From positions 28,715 through 92,714 of the forward strand of contig CAVUAG010000009.1 of the NCBI GenBank assembly GCA_963739365.1: a DNA stretch of 64,000 bases, read 5' to 3'. The first letter of the stretch is position 1; the number at the start of each line of letters is the position of its first letter. The translations under genes and the position numbers were made by a program. Source of the stretch: an uncultured Chloroflexia bacterium (GTDB lineage Bacteria; Chloroflexota; Limnocylindria; Limnocylindrales; CSP1-4). The notes below the pieces were generated by a model, which saw only the letters and a list, made by a program, of their open reading frames with translations, was not told where the DNA came from and did no database searches. Below are positions 30,938-42,213 of this stretch, piece after piece.

Positions 30938-32485
30938 CTAGTGCCGGAAGTGCCTCCGCCCGGTGAACACCATCGCGAGGTGGTGCCGGTCGGCCACCTC
31001 GATCGCCATCTCGTCGCGGCGTGAGCCGCCCGGCTGGATGATCGCGGTCACGCCCGAGATCGCCGCGTGGGCGATCACGTCGGGGAAGGGGAAGTAGGCA
31101 TCGGACGACATCACCGCCGTCTTGGCCCGGTCGCCGGCTCGCCGCAGGGCGATCTCCACGGCCACCTGGCGGCTCACCTGGCCGCCGCCGATCCCCACGG
31201 TCTGGAGGTTGCGGGCCAGGACGATCGCGTTCGAACGGACGTGGGCGGCGGCCCGCCAGGCGAACATGAGGTCGGTGAGCTCGTCGAGCGTCGGGCGCCG
31301 CTGGGTCACCACCCGCAGCTGGTCGCGGTCGAGGGCCGTCCCGTCGAGCGTCTCGACGAGGAGCCCGCCGCCGACCCGCTTGAAGTCGAGGGCCGCGATC
31401 CCATAGTCCCGCAGGCCGTCCGACGGGTTCGGCGGGATCGCCAGGAGCTCGAGCTCCGGCCGCGCGGAGAGGATCCGCGCGGCCTCGTCCGAGTAGCCCG
31501 GCGCCACGAGCGCCTCGAACGTCCCTTCCACGATCGCGCGCGCGGTCGCCTCGTCCACGGTCCGGTTGACGGCGACGGTGCTGCCGAAGGTTGCCGCCGG
31601 GTCCGTCTCGAGGGCGTGCCGGAGCGCTCCCGCAAGGGCGTTGTTGGAGGCGATCCCGACAGGGTCCGTGTGGCGCACGACCACGGCGGTCGGGGCGGCG
31701 AAGTCGGCAGCGATCCGCCACGCGGCGTCAAGGTCGAGCAGGTCGTTGAACGAGGGCTCGCGGCCCTGCAGGCGCGTCGCGTCGGCCAGCGAGCCGTCGC
31801 GGTGGGTCGTCTCGCGGTAGAAGGCGGCCCGTTGGTGCGGGTTCTCGCCGTGGGCAAGGTCAGTCACCTTCTCGAGGACGACGCTGATGTGGGGCGGGAA
31901 CGTCGTGCCCGTGACCTGGTTCAGGTACGCGGCAACCTGGGCGTCGTAGGCGGCCACGACGGCGAATGCTTCGGCGGCCAGGCGCTGGCGGAGCTCGGCG
32001 GAGACGCTGCCTCGGTCCCGGATCTCGGCCACGATCTGCTCGTACGCAGCGGGAGCGGACACCGCAGCGACCCCGGCGTAGTTGCGGGCAGCGGCGGAGA
32101 GGAGCGACGTCCCGCCCACGTCGATCATCTCGATCGCCTCGTCGAGAGGGACGCGGCGCTCGCCGACCTGGGGGGCGAAGGGCGCGACATTGACGACGAC
32201 GAGGTCGATGAGCCCGATCGCCTGCTCGGCCAGCTCGGCGAGCTGCTCGGGCCGGTCGCGCCGGGCGAGGATCCCGGCGTAGATCGCCGGGTGGAAGGTC
32301 CTGACCGTGCCGCCCAGGAGCGGCGGGACGTTGGTGAGGGCCGCCACCGGAAGCACGTCGAGGCCGTCTGCCGCGAGGTGCTCCCGGGTTCCGTCGGTCG
32401 CGTAGACCTCGACGCCGAGGGCCAGGAGCTCGCGCGCGAGACCGGCCAGTCCCTGGCAGTTGGCGACCGAGAGGAGGGCTCGCAC
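30938..32485 (-). CDS. purH: Bifunctional AICAR transformylase/IMP cyclohydrolase (divergent)
   Basis: [52 protein letters not shown]. Confidence 0.9.
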   Translation of the reverse strand: MRALLSVANCQGLAGLARELLALGVEVYATDGTREHLAADGLDVLPVAALTNVPPLLGGTVRTFHPAIYAGILARRDRPEQLAELAEQAIGLIDLVVVNVAPFAPQVGERRVPLDEAIEMIDVGGTSLLSAAARNYAGVAAVSAPAAYEQIVAEIRDRGSVSAELRQRLAAEAFAVVAAYDAQVAAYLNQVTGTTFPPHISVVLEKVTDLAHGENPHQRAAFYRETTHRDGSLADATRLQGREPSFNDLLDLDAAWRIAADFAAPTAVVVRHTDPVGIASNNALAGALRHALETDPAATFGSTVAVNRTVDEATARAIVEGTFEALVAPGYSDEAARILSARPELELLAIPPNPSDGLRDYGIAALDFKRVGGGLLVETLDGTALDRDQLRVVTQRRPTLDELTDLMFAWRAAAHVRSNAIVLARNLQTVGIGGGQVSRQVAVEIALRRAGDRAKTAVMSSDAYFPFPDVIAHAAISGVTAIIQPGGSRRDEMAIEVADRHHLAMVFTGRRHFRH

Positions 32486-32686
32486 CCGGCTGGGACCTCC
32501 GTATGGGCGCGTCGCTGGGCTGCGCGCGCCGATCGCACCACCCGGGGCGCAGGGTGGCGCTCACGCTCCGTCGCCCGAGTATAGCGCGCGACCGTGGCAT
32601 ACTCGGGCGAACGTTTCCGTGGTGCCCGCCGGGTGCCACGCGTGGTGCCCGACCGGGTGCCGGCCCGCCGAGGAGGCTTCGCGACC

Positions 32687-33139
32687 GTGACGCTCCCGCC
32701 CTGGGAATACCTCTTCATCTCGTTCAACGACGTCAACTTCCCGGATCTCTTCAACGCGATCTGGGTCTTCTCGCTGATCGGGCTGGTCGCCACGGTCGTC
32801 CTCTACAACGTGCGAACACGGCAGCTCAGGCGTCACCGGATCTACCTCGATCTGTACGAGTGGCTGCTCTGGGCGGGCGTGATCTTCTTCTTCATGCTCC
32901 TCGTCTACGCCCTGTTCCACTTCGACTTCCTCTTCGTCGTTCTGTCCATCCCGATCGGGGTCGGGATCCTTCTCTGGATCCGCTTCGTCCGTTTCCCGCC
33001 CTACCTCGCGGCCTACGAGACGCAGCTGGCCCGCTCCCGCTACTACTCGAAGCAGAAGTTCGCCCACCCCGAGGCGACGATTCGCCCCAAGCGCGCGGCG
33101 CGTTCCCGTACCGCGCGGTCACAGCGTCGCCGTCGCTGA
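32687..33139 (+). CDS. Hypothetical membrane protein (about 3 TM, basic C-terminus)
   Basis: GTG start after AGGAGG; strong coding bias; hydrophobic segments. Confidence 0.75.
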   Translation: MTLPPWEYLFISFNDVNFPDLFNAIWVFSLIGLVATVVLYNVRTRQLRRHRIYLDLYEWLLWAGVIFFFMLLVYALFHFDFLFVVLSIPIGVGILLWIRFVRFPPYLAAYETQLARSRYYSKQKFAHPEATIRPKRAARSRTARSQRRRR

Positions 33140-33153
33140 GGCCGGCGCGGGCG

Positions 33154-33648
33154 ATGGAGATCCGGCGCTTCGGGGTCGGCAACCGGCGCCCCGACGGGCC
33201 GCCCGGGACGACTGGTGTCGCCGGGCAGGTGATCTGCGCGGACGCGCGCGGATCCGTGTCGGAGCTCGCGTTTGCCCGGCGCGGCTCCATCGAGCTGCAC
33301 TCCAACCCGAACACAACATGGTTCGTCGTCATCGAGGGCGGAGGCGTGGTCCAGGTCGGGGACGAGCGAGCCCGTCTCGCGGCCGGCGAGGCGGTCCTCT
33401 GGCCGGCCGACGTTCCCCATGGCGCCTGGACAGAGCTGTCCGAGATGCGGGCAATCGTCGTCGAGCTCGCCGGGGCGGACGACGCGCACCTGCGCGGGAT
33501 CCTCGCCGGGCGGGCGCTGGAGATCTCCGCGGGCGGGTCCGCGCCTGCCGCGGGCGCCGCAGGCGCGCCGGTCCTCACGACCGACGGGGAGCTCGCCGCC
33601 ACGCCCGCTGACGCGGCGCAGGCCGCCGCCGAGGGTGAGCCGATCTGA
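33154..33648 (+). CDS. Cupin-domain protein
   Basis: IELHSNP..WFVVIEGGG.V.VG...AGEAVLWPADVPHGAW cupin pattern. Confidence 0.8.
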   Translation: MEIRRFGVGNRRPDGPPGTTGVAGQVICADARGSVSELAFARRGSIELHSNPNTTWFVVIEGGGVVQVGDERARLAAGEAVLWPADVPHGAWTELSEMRAIVVELAGADDAHLRGILAGRALEISAGGSAPAAGAAGAPVLTTDGELAATPADAAQAAAEGEPI

Positions 33649-33701
33649 CACTCGGCCCCTGATCTGACACGCGGCCCTGATCTGACACTCGGCGCCTGAT
33701 C
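33642..33701. repeat. Three tandem 18-19 bp repeats GATCTGACAC(T/G)CGGC..CT
   Basis: Copies at 33642, 33661 and 33679, plus a partial copy at 33698, between convergent genes. Confidence 0.85.
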
Positions 33702-33707
33702 GGCCGC

Positions 33708-34346
33708 CTATCGACTTCCGAGCACCGCCCCGAGCTGGCCGAGGATCGCGGCCGTGGCGCCCCAGACGATTCGCCCCTCCACCATGTAGGCGCCGTAGCG
33801 GAGCGGGCGGCCGCGCGGGTCCGGGTCGATGATCCGCGGCTCCACGTCGGGGAGGAAGGCCGCGACGGGTGCCTCGAGGATCGCCGCCACCTCACGCGGG
33901 TCCGGCACGAAGATCGGCCGGCGTTCGGCCACGGCCACGATCGGCGCGACGAGGAAGTTGCTCGGCGGGATCCAGAGCGCGTCGAGGTGGCCGATCACCT
34001 CCACGCCGGAGGTGTCCGGGTCGAGCCCCACCTCCTCTTCGGCCTCGCGCAGGGCGGTGGCAACGGCGTCGGCATCGCCGGGGTCCGACTTCCCGCCCGG
34101 CAGCGAGACCTCGCCCGAGTGGTGATCCGCGCCGTACTCGACCCGTTCGGTCAGGACGAGGTAGGCCTCGCCGTCCGGGCCGGGATAGACGAGGACGAGG
34201 GCGGCGGCCGACCGGGCGTCGGGCGGGGGCGCCGGACGCTCGAACGGGACGCCATCGGGCAGCTGCTCCGGGCGCAGCCACGCCGGCGGAGGCGGCAGGG
34301 GCCGCGGCGCTGCGGCGAACCGGACGCGGACCTCGGCGGGCGTCAT
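33708..34346 (-). CDS. Nudix hydrolase, CoA pyrophosphatase (NudL/PCD1) family
   Basis: LVLTER..HSGEVSLPGG..DPGD...TALREAEEEVGL, EVAAI, VWGATA. Confidence 0.9.
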   Translation of the reverse strand: MTPAEVRVRFAAAPRPLPPPPAWLRPEQLPDGVPFERPAPPPDARSAAALVLVYPGPDGEAYLVLTERVEYGADHHSGEVSLPGGKSDPGDADAVATALREAEEEVGLDPDTSGVEVIGHLDALWIPPSNFLVAPIVAVAERRPIFVPDPREVAAILEAPVAAFLPDVEPRIIDPDPRGRPLRYGAYMVEGRIVWGATAAILGQLGAVLGSR

Positions 34347-34418
34347 GCGCGCATGGTACGGGCGACGGGCCGCGGCACCGGCCGAGGTGCGCCCGCCATG
34401 GCGTGCACGCCGAGGCCG

Positions 34419-34928
34419 TCAGGACGGGGGCGGGACCCTCGAGAGCCGGCCGCCCTCATCCGCGAAGTCCCAGGCGTCGATCGCCGGTGGCTCGAAGCCA
34501 AGCGCCGTGAGAGCGGTGCAGACCTGGCTCCGATGGTCGGTCCCATGGTGGAGCGCTTGCGCGAGCCGGATCCCCAAAGGGGCGTGGCTCTCCGCCCCGT
34601 CGTCGCGATACCTGACAACGACGGTGTCCGGGTCGAGGTCCGGCATCAGCAGCGAGTCCCACGCGGGTCCGTTGCTCTCCATCGCGGCGCGCAGCTCCGG
34701 GAGGCCCATCCGGTCCTCGTCGATGGCAGCAACGCGCCCGCCCGTCAGGGCGAAGAGGTACGCGCAGTCGGCGCCGACGAGGTGCCGCATGGTGTCCAGG
34801 ATCGAGCCGTAGGTTCCCGGCACTACCGTCGCTGTCTGCTCCTCGGTCAGTCCGAGGCATGCATCGATCAGTCGCAGCGTCGCCCACACGTGGTGCGCGA
34901 ACGCGTCCGCCAGGATGGATCTGGTCAT
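34419..34928 (-). CDS. DinB/YfiT-family protein
   Basis: HHVWAT, GSILDTMRHLVGAD, QALHHGTDHRSQV His triad. Confidence 0.88.
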   Translation of the reverse strand: MTRSILADAFAHHVWATLRLIDACLGLTEEQTATVVPGTYGSILDTMRHLVGADCAYLFALTGGRVAAIDEDRMGLPELRAAMESNGPAWDSLLMPDLDPDTVVVRYRDDGAESHAPLGIRLAQALHHGTDHRSQVCTALTALGFEPPAIDAWDFADEGGRLSRVPPPS

Positions 34929-35036
34929 TCGCCCACGGTACCATCCCGTGTCGCGCGGCTCAGCCGCGCCCGCTCGGGTTCTGCGCCGACGCCTCACGCC
35001 CTCGGCGTCGGACTCACTCGCTTATGTCACCGGGGG

Positions 35037-35227
35037 CAGCACTACCGAAGATCCGAGCCGGCCAGGACGGTGCAAGGAGGCCCTCATCCCCGGGCCAGGC
35101 GCCGGAATCCTCGCCATTGCGAGCCAAAGCGGTCGGTCGTGGCAGATTCGCCGCTCGGGGCCGCATCCGGCGGGGTCGAGATGGGGTCGGGATGGTGCCG
35201 CTGGCCCAGGCTTCTTCGGTAGTGCTG
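35037..35227. mobile_element. MITE-like 191 bp element bounded by perfect 15 bp inverted repeats
   Basis: CAGCACTACCGAAGA (35037-35051) and TCTTCGGTAGTGCTG (35213-35227); non-coding interior; no clear target-site duplication. Confidence 0.5.
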
Positions 35228-35258
35228 GTGGGCTGAGCATTGGCGTAGGAACTTGGGC

Positions 35259-35365
35259 CGCCCCGCCCGGCGTCGAGCGGCGCCTCGCCCCGCCCGGCGT
35301 CGGGCCGGCCAAGACGGTGCCCGGCGTCGAGCGGCGCCTCGCCCCGCCCGGCGTCGAGCGCCTGG
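35259..35365. repeat. GC-rich direct repeats (GCCCGGCGTCG core, with GAGCGGCGCCTCGCCCC)
   Basis: Four GCCCGGCGTCG cores, with a longer unit duplicated, downstream of clpB. Confidence 0.65.
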
Positions 35366-35393
35366 GCCGGAGAGGACCACGCCCGGCGAGAGC

Positions 35394-38145
35394 TCAGTTC
35401 AGCCGCTCGCCCCCGTCGCCGCCATCCTCCGTTCGTCGGCTTGGTCGGGGGCAGGTCCAGGATCGAGGGCGCCGGAACGGCCGCCCCGGCACCCGCCCCG
35501 GATCGCGCGTCGCGCCGGTTCCCGGACTCGGCGACCACCGTCGCCCCCTCCTGGGTGAACAGGAGCGTGCCGCCCACCGGATCCGCGTCCACGCCGATGA
35601 CTGCCCCGGGGCGGAACTCCCCGCGGAGGAGCGCCCGCGCCAGCGGGTTCTCCACGAGGCGCTGGATCGTCCGCTTCAGCGGTCGTGCACCGTAGGTCGG
35701 ATCGGTCCCCTCGCGGGTGATGACCGCCCGCGCCGCGGGCGTCACCTCGATCTCCAGGTCGTGGCCGGCCAGCCGTCGGCCCAGCTCCGCCAGCAGCAGG
35801 TCCACGATCCGCGCGAGGTCCTCGTCGGTGAGGGCGTGGAAGACGATCACCTCGTCCACCCGGTTGAGGAACTCCGGCCGGAAGGTGCCCCGGAGCATCC
35901 CGAGGACCTCCCGCTTCATCGCCTCGTAGCCCGCCACCCCGGCCGCCGGCCGTCCCGCGTAGGCGGCGATCGCCTGGCTGCCGACGTTGCTGGTCATGAT
36001 CACGACCGTGTTCTTGAAGTCGACCGTGCGGCCCTGGCCGTCGGTGAGTCGGCCGTCGTCGAGCACCTGGAGCAGCACGTTGAAGACGTCCGGGTGGGCC
36101 TTCTCGATCTCGTCGAGGAGGACGACCTGGTAGGGCCGCCGGCGGACCGCCTCCGTGAGCTGGCCACCCTCGTCGTACCCCACGTAGCCCGGCGGCGCCC
36201 CGATCAGCCGCTGCACCGAGAACTTCTCCAGGTACTCGCTCATGTCGATCCGGACCATGGCGTGCTCATCGTCGAAGAGGAACGCGGCCAGGGCGCGGGC
36301 CAGCTCCGTCTTGCCGACACCGGTCGGGCCGAGGAAGAGGAACGAACCGATCGGCCGGCGCGGGTCGCCGAGGCCGGCCCTGGCGCGTCGGACGGCGTCG
36401 GCGACGGCTTCGATCGCCTCATCCTGCCCGACGACGCGCTCGTGGAGGGCTTCCTCCATCCGGACGAGCTTCGCCATCTCGCCCTCCAGCAGGCGCGCCA
36501 CCGGGATCCCGGTCCACGCCCCGACGATCTCGGCGATGTCGTCGGCGTCGACCTCCTCCTTGAGCAGGCGCGGGGCGCCGTCGGAGGTCGCGAGCGCCTC
36601 CTCCTGGGCCCGCATCCGCTCGCCGAGCTCCACGAGCGTGCCGTACTTGAGCTCCGCTGCGGTGGCGTAGTCGGCCTCACGCTCAGCCTGCTCGATGCGC
36701 AGCTGAAGCCCCTCCAGCTCCGCCTTGGTCGACCGCAGCCCCGCGATCGCAGCCTTCTCGGTCTCCCAGCGCTGCTTCATGGCGCCTGCCTGCTCGGCGA
36801 TCGCGCCCAGCTCCGCCTCGAGCGCCACGAGGCGCGCCTTCGAGGCTTCGTCCTTCTCCTTCTTCAGCGCCTCGCGCTCGATCTCGAGCTGGACCCGTCT
36901 GCGCTCCAGCTCGTCGAGCTCGACCGGCATGGAGTCGATCTCCAGGCGCAGGCGGCTGGCGGCCTCGTCCACGAGGTCGATCGCCTTGTCCGGGAGGAAG
37001 CGCTCCGTGATGTAGCGGTTCGACAGGGTGGCGGCGGCAACGAGCGCCGAGTCCGTGATCCGGACGCCGTGGTGCACCTCGTAGCGCTCGCGCAGGCCGC
37101 GCAGGATCGAGATCGTCTCCTCGACCGTCGGCTGATCCACGAGCACCGGCTGGAAGCGGCGCTCCAGCGCTGCGTCCTTCTCGACGTGCTTGCGGTACTC
37201 GTCGAGCGTGGTCGCGCCGATCGTGTGGAGGTCGCCCCGGGCCAGCATCGGCTTGAGCAGGTTGCTGGCGTCCATGGCCCCTTCGGCGGCCCCGGCCCCC
37301 ACGACCGTGTGCAGCTCGTCGATGAACAGGACGATCCGCCCCTCGCTGTCCTTGATCTCGCGCAGGACCGCCTTGAGGCGCTCCTCGAACTCGCCGCGGT
37401 ACTTGGCTCCCGCGATGATCGAGCCCAGGTCCAGCACGACGACCCGCTTGTCCTTGAGCCCCTCGGGCACGTCGCCGCGGACGATCCGCTGGGCGAGGCC
37501 CTCGACGATGGCGGTCTTGCCGACCCCGGGCTCGCCGATGAGGACCGGGTTGTTCTTGGTGCGCCGCGAGAGGACCTGGATGACCCGCCGGATCTCCTCG
37601 TCGCGCCCCACGATCGGGTCGAGCCTCCCGGCCCGTGCCTCCTGGGTCAGGTCGCGGCCGTACTTCTCGAGGGCCTGGTACGTGCTCTCCGGCGTCGCGG
37701 AGGTGACCCGCTGTCCGCCGCGGATCCCGGCCAGGGCGGCCAGGAAGGCCTCGCGCCCGGCCCCGTGACGCTCCAGGAGGGCCTGGCCATCTCCGCCCAC
37801 GTCGACGATCCCGAGGAGCAGGTGCTCGGTGGAGACGAACTCGTCGCCGAGGCGGCGGGCTTCGTCCGCGGCGCGCTCGAGCACGCGGCGAGCACGGGCG
37901 TCGAGGGCCAGCTGACCGCCGGCCACCTTCGCCCGCCGGGCGAGGAGCGCGGCCAGCTCCCCGCGGAACGCGGCCAGGTCCACGCCCATCCGGCGAAGGG
38001 TCTGGGCCGGGATTCCCTCCTCGTCCTCGGTGAGCGCCGCGAGGAGGTGCTCGGCATCGAGCACGGGGCTCTGGAGCCGTTCCGCGAGGGCCTGCGCGCC
38101 GGCGATCGCCTCCTGGGCCTTCTGGGTGAATCGTTCGAGGTTCAT
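35394..38145 (-). CDS. clpB: ATP-dependent chaperone ClpB
   Basis: N-domain, GEPGVGKT, coiled-coil M-domain, [20 protein letters not shown]. The likely true C-terminus GDGGERLN* at 35394 follows a frameshift. Confidence 0.96.
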
Positions 38146-38197
38146 GGCGAATTCGTGCTCCGGGTGGTCGCGCCGGACTGAGGCGCTGGTGCCGGGC

Positions 38198-39202
38198 TCA
38201 GGCGCCCGGGCGGGGATTGGGCTGGTCGATGGCGTCGAGGATGGGGGTCACGGCGGTGCGGGCGGACGCATCGAGGGTGGGCAGGACCACCCGGACGCGG
38301 ACGAGCAGGTCACCGCGGTCGCCGCCCTTCAGCCGGGGCATCCCCTGGCCGGCGAGGCGGATCACCTGGCCCGGCTGCGTTCCGGCGGGGATCTTGAGGA
38401 GGAGTCGCTTCCCGCCGAGCGTGACGACCGGCACCTCCGCCCCGAGGAGCGCTTCCTTGAGCGTCACCGCGAGCTCGCGAACGAGGTTCGCTCCGTCACG
38501 CGTGAAGACGGCGTGCGGCCGCAGGGCCATGACGAGGACCAGGTCGCGGGCGTCCGCGCCCGAGCCACCACCCTGGCCCCGAAGGCGGATCCGACTGCCG
38601 CTCTCGACCCCCGCCGGGATCGCCACCTCGAGGCGCCGCCCGTCCACCTCGAGGAGGCGGGTGCCACCGGCGGCAGCGTCCTCGAGGGTGACCTCGACGA
38701 CGGCCTCCACGGGCGGCACGGTGACCGGCCGGCGAGAGCTCGAGCGCCGGTGGGTGCCGCCGGGGACGGTGCCCGCTCCCGGCGCGCCGGCGGCTGCCCC
38801 CGCCATCCCGCCGGCAAAGAACGTGCGGAAGAAGTCGGAGAAGCCGCCCGGGTCGCCGGCGAACTCGAACCGGACCCCGCCCGGCGCACCGGCAGCCGCC
38901 CCCGCCGGGCGAAACCCCGCGAAGGGACCGCCCGGCGCGAACGGGTCGTCGCCCGGGCGGCCCGCGGCGCGCGCGTACTCCTGCCAGTGGGCCCCGAGCT
39001 CGTCGTACTGCTTCCGCTTGACGGGGTCGGCGAGGACCTCGTTGGCCTCGTTGACCTCCTTGAAGCGGCGCTCCGCCTCGGCATCGCCCGAGTTGCGATC
39101 CGGGTGGTGCTTCCGGGCGAGCGCCCGGAAGGCCTTCTTGATCTCCCCGGTCGAGGCCGTGCGCGGCACGCCCAGGACGGCGTAGTAGTCCTTGTAGTCC
39201 AC
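38198..39202 (-). CDS. DnaJ-class chaperone (type II, CbpA-like)
   Basis: [13 protein letters not shown]-domain, G/F region (FSDFF), C-terminal DnaJ_C; no zinc finger. Confidence 0.93.
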   Translation of the reverse strand: MDYKDYYAVLGVPRTASTGEIKKAFRALARKHHPDRNSGDAEAERRFKEVNEANEVLADPVKRKQYDELGAHWQEYARAAGRPGDDPFAPGGPFAGFRPAGAAAGAPGGVRFEFAGDPGGFSDFFRTFFAGGMAGAAAGAPGAGTVPGGTHRRSSSRRPVTVPPVEAVVEVTLEDAAAGGTRLLEVDGRRLEVAIPAGVESGSRIRLRGQGGGSGADARDLVLVMALRPHAVFTRDGANLVRELAVTLKEALLGAEVPVVTLGGKRLLLKIPAGTQPGQVIRLAGQGMPRLKGGDRGDLLVRVRVVLPTLDASARTAVTPILDAIDQPNPRPGA

Positions 39203-39228
39203 GACGCCCCCCGCGGTCCGGGGTCTCC

Positions 39229-41702
39229 TCAGCCGCCCGAGGCGATCGCCGGCGGTTGATCGGCCGGGAAGCCGGCGGGCGGCGCGGGACTGCGAGCGGG
39301 ACGCTCTTCCGCGAGCCGCCGCCGGACGCCGGTGCCTTCACGACGAGCCCCTTCGGCTTCCGCCGCAGCGCGTGCTCGAGGACCTGGTCCATCGAGTCCA
39401 CCAGGACGAGCTTGATCTGCTTGCGGATCTCGTCCGGGATGTCCTGGAGGTCCTTCTCGTTCTTCTTCGGGAGGATCACGACGCGCGCGCCGGAGAGATG
39501 CGCGGCCAGGATCTTGCTCTTGAGACCGCCGATGGGCAGGACCCGGCCACGCAGGGTGATCTCGCCGGTCATCGCCACGTCCTTGCGGACCGGGATGCCG
39601 GTGAGCGTGCTCACCATGGCGGTCGCCATCGTGATCCCGGCCGACGGTCCGTCCTTGGGAATCGCCCCGGCCGGGACGTGGATGTGCAGGGTGTTCTTCT
39701 CGAAGGTCTCGCGGTCGACGCCCAGGCGCGTGGCGTTCGCTCGGATCCAGGAGAGCGCCGCGCGGGCGGACTCCTTCATGACGTCGCCGAGCTGGCCGGT
39801 GAGGATGAAGTCCTCGCGGCCCTCCATCTTCGTGACCTCGACCGCGACGACGTCGCCCCCGACCTCGGTGACGACGAGGCCGGTGGCGGCCCCGGTCTGG
39901 TCCTCCGCCTCCAGCTCCCCGTACTCGAAGCGCGGCGGGCCGAGGAACTCGATGAGCTTGCGGTTGTCGACGACGGTCTTGCGCTTGCGCCCCTCGGCGA
40001 CCCGGCGGGCGACCTTGCGCATGACGTTGGCGATCTCCCGCTCGAGGTTCCGGACGCCGGCCTCGTGCGTGTAGGCCTGGACGAGGGTGACGAAGGCCTC
40101 GTCGGTGATCTCGATGTGCTTCGCGGTGAGCCCGTGGTTGTGGAGCTGCTTGGGAAGCAGGAAACGCTTGGCGATCTCGACCTTCTCGAGCTGGGTGTAG
40201 CCGGGCAGCCCGATGACCTCCATCCGGTCGCGCAGGGGGGGCGGGATCGGGTCGAGCAGGTTGGCGGTCGTGATGAAGAGCACCTTCGTGAGGTCGAAGG
40301 GCACCTCGAGGTAGTTGTCCTGGAAGGTGTTGTTCTGCTCCGGGTCGAGGACCTCGAGGAGGGCCGAGGAGGGATCGCCCCGGAAGTCCATCCCGAGCTT
40401 GTCGACCTCGTCGAGCATGAAGACGGGGTTGTTCGTGCCGGCCGTCTTGACGTTCTGGATGACGCGACCCGGGAGCGCCCCGATGTAGGTTCGGCGGTGG
40501 CCCCGGATCTCCGCCTCGTCGTGGACGCCGCCGAGGCTCATCCGGACGAACTTGCGGCCCATGGCCCGGGCGATGCTCTTGCCGAGCGACGTCTTGCCCA
40601 CGCCGGGCGGCCCCACGAAGCAGAGGATGGGGCTGCGGATCGTGTCCGCCAGGGCCCGGACGGCGAGGTACTCGAGGATCCGCTCCTTGACCTTCTCGAG
40701 CCCGTAGTGATCCTCGTCGAGGATCTTGGCTGCCTCGCGAATGTCCAGGTTGTCGGTCGTGGAGGTGGTCCACGGGAGGCCGACGAGCCAGTCGACGTAC
40801 GTCCGGATCACGCCCACCTCCGGCGAGGCAGAGGGGATCCGACTCATCCGGTCGACCTCCTTGAGGGCGCGGGCGCGCACCTCGTCGGGCATGCCCGACG
40901 ACTCGACCTTCTCGCGCAGCTCGTGGATCTCGGCCTGCTGCGGGTCGTCCTCGCCCAGCTCCCGCTGGATCGCCTTGAGCTGTTCGCGGAGGATGTACTC
41001 CCGCTGGGTCTTGTCCATCTCGGACTTGACCTCGCTCTGGATCTTCCCCTTGAGCTCGAGGATCTCGACCTGGCGGGCGAGGAATGCCGAGCAGAGCTTG
41101 AGGCGCTCCACGACGTCCACGGTCTCGAGCAGCTCCTGGCGCTGCTCCGTCGTCATGTCCGGGCTGTAGGCGACCATGTCGGCCAGCAGCCCCGGCTCGG
41201 TGATGTTCCGGGCGGCCACCGCAGCCTCTGGCGGGACGGGCGCGCCGGACTGGACGTACTGCTCGATCTGGCCCTGGACCGTCTTCATGAGCGCTTCGAT
41301 CTCGACGCCGGTCGGCGCGATGTCCGTCAGCTCTTCGACCCGGGCGAGAAGGTAGGGGCTGGTCGCCGCGAACCCGTGGAGCCGGAGCCGCCCCTGCCCC
41401 TGGACGATCGCCCGGACCGTCCCGTCCTGGAGCTGGACGACCTGGGCGATCTTGGCCAGGGTGCCGATCTCGTAGAGCTCGGCCGGGTCCGCGATCTCCT
41501 CCTGCTCGGCGCGACGCTGCGTGACGAGCGCGATGAGGCTCGCGCCGGCGACGGCGGCGTTGAGCGCGTTCACGCTCTTCTCGCGGCCGACCTGGAGCGG
41601 CACGATCATCTCCGGGAAGATCACGGTCTCGCGCAGGGCCACGAGCGGCAGCTCGCGGATCGGCGTGGGCGGCCGGCCGGACGGGGCCTTCGACTTCGGC
41701 AT
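39229..41702 (-). CDS. lon: Lon (La) ATP-dependent protease
   Basis: [67 protein letters not shown]; C-terminus frameshifted. Confidence 0.97.
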
Positions 41703-41840
41703 CTGGCTCTCCTGGGCCTCGGGCCCTGCGGGCCTCCGGGTGCTTGCGGAGGACCGATCGGTCCGCCGGTTCGGGGGTTGGTGGGCTTCTGGGAGGGCCC
41801 GCGCTTCGGGGTACGTCGGGAGCGAGAGGGCCGGTCGGGG

Positions 41841-42200
41841 TCACCTGCCAAGTCGAGCCCCTCCCTCGGTCGTCGCGGCGCCGTCCTCGTGGCCGGCACC
41901 CGTTCCTTCGTCGTAGAGGGCCTCGAGGATGCGGACGCCGAGGCGTTCCTCCAGCTCGAAGAGGATGCGGATCCCGGCGAGGTTCGCGCCCCGCTCCTGG
42001 GTGAGGTGCCGGATCCACAGGATGCGGCGGATGTCCTCGTCAGAGTAGAGGCGGATGTTCGTGGGCGTGCGGGCCGGCTCGATCAGGCCCTCGTCCTCGT
42101 AGATCCGGAGCGTCCGCGGGTGGACCGAGACGATCCGGGCTGCGACCGAGATGACGTAGACGGGGCGAGTCGGGTCCCTGTCGAGCCGGCCGCGGAACAC
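41841..42200 (-). CDS. hspR: MerR-family heat-shock repressor, HspR-like
   Basis: PVYVISVAA..VHPRTLRIYE..GLI.P.RT..N.RLYS..D...LTQE.G.NLAGI is the HspR pattern; lies inside a chaperone operon. Confidence 0.85.
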   Translation of the reverse strand: MFRGRLDRDPTRPVYVISVAARIVSVHPRTLRIYEDEGLIEPARTPTNIRLYSDEDIRRILWIRHLTQERGANLAGIRILFELEERLGVRILEALYDEGTGAGHEDGAATTEGGARLGR

Positions 42201-42213
42201 GCGCGTTCGGCCG

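Noticed and set aside
32486-32690. ZMP/ZTP (pfl) riboswitch upstream of purH
   Set aside because: I could not find the conserved GACTGGCG...GTGG/CCAC...GCCTGGGC elements on the minus strand.
33642-33701. CRISPR array
   Set aside because: Repeats are only 18-19 bp, directly abutting with no spacers, and no cas genes are present.
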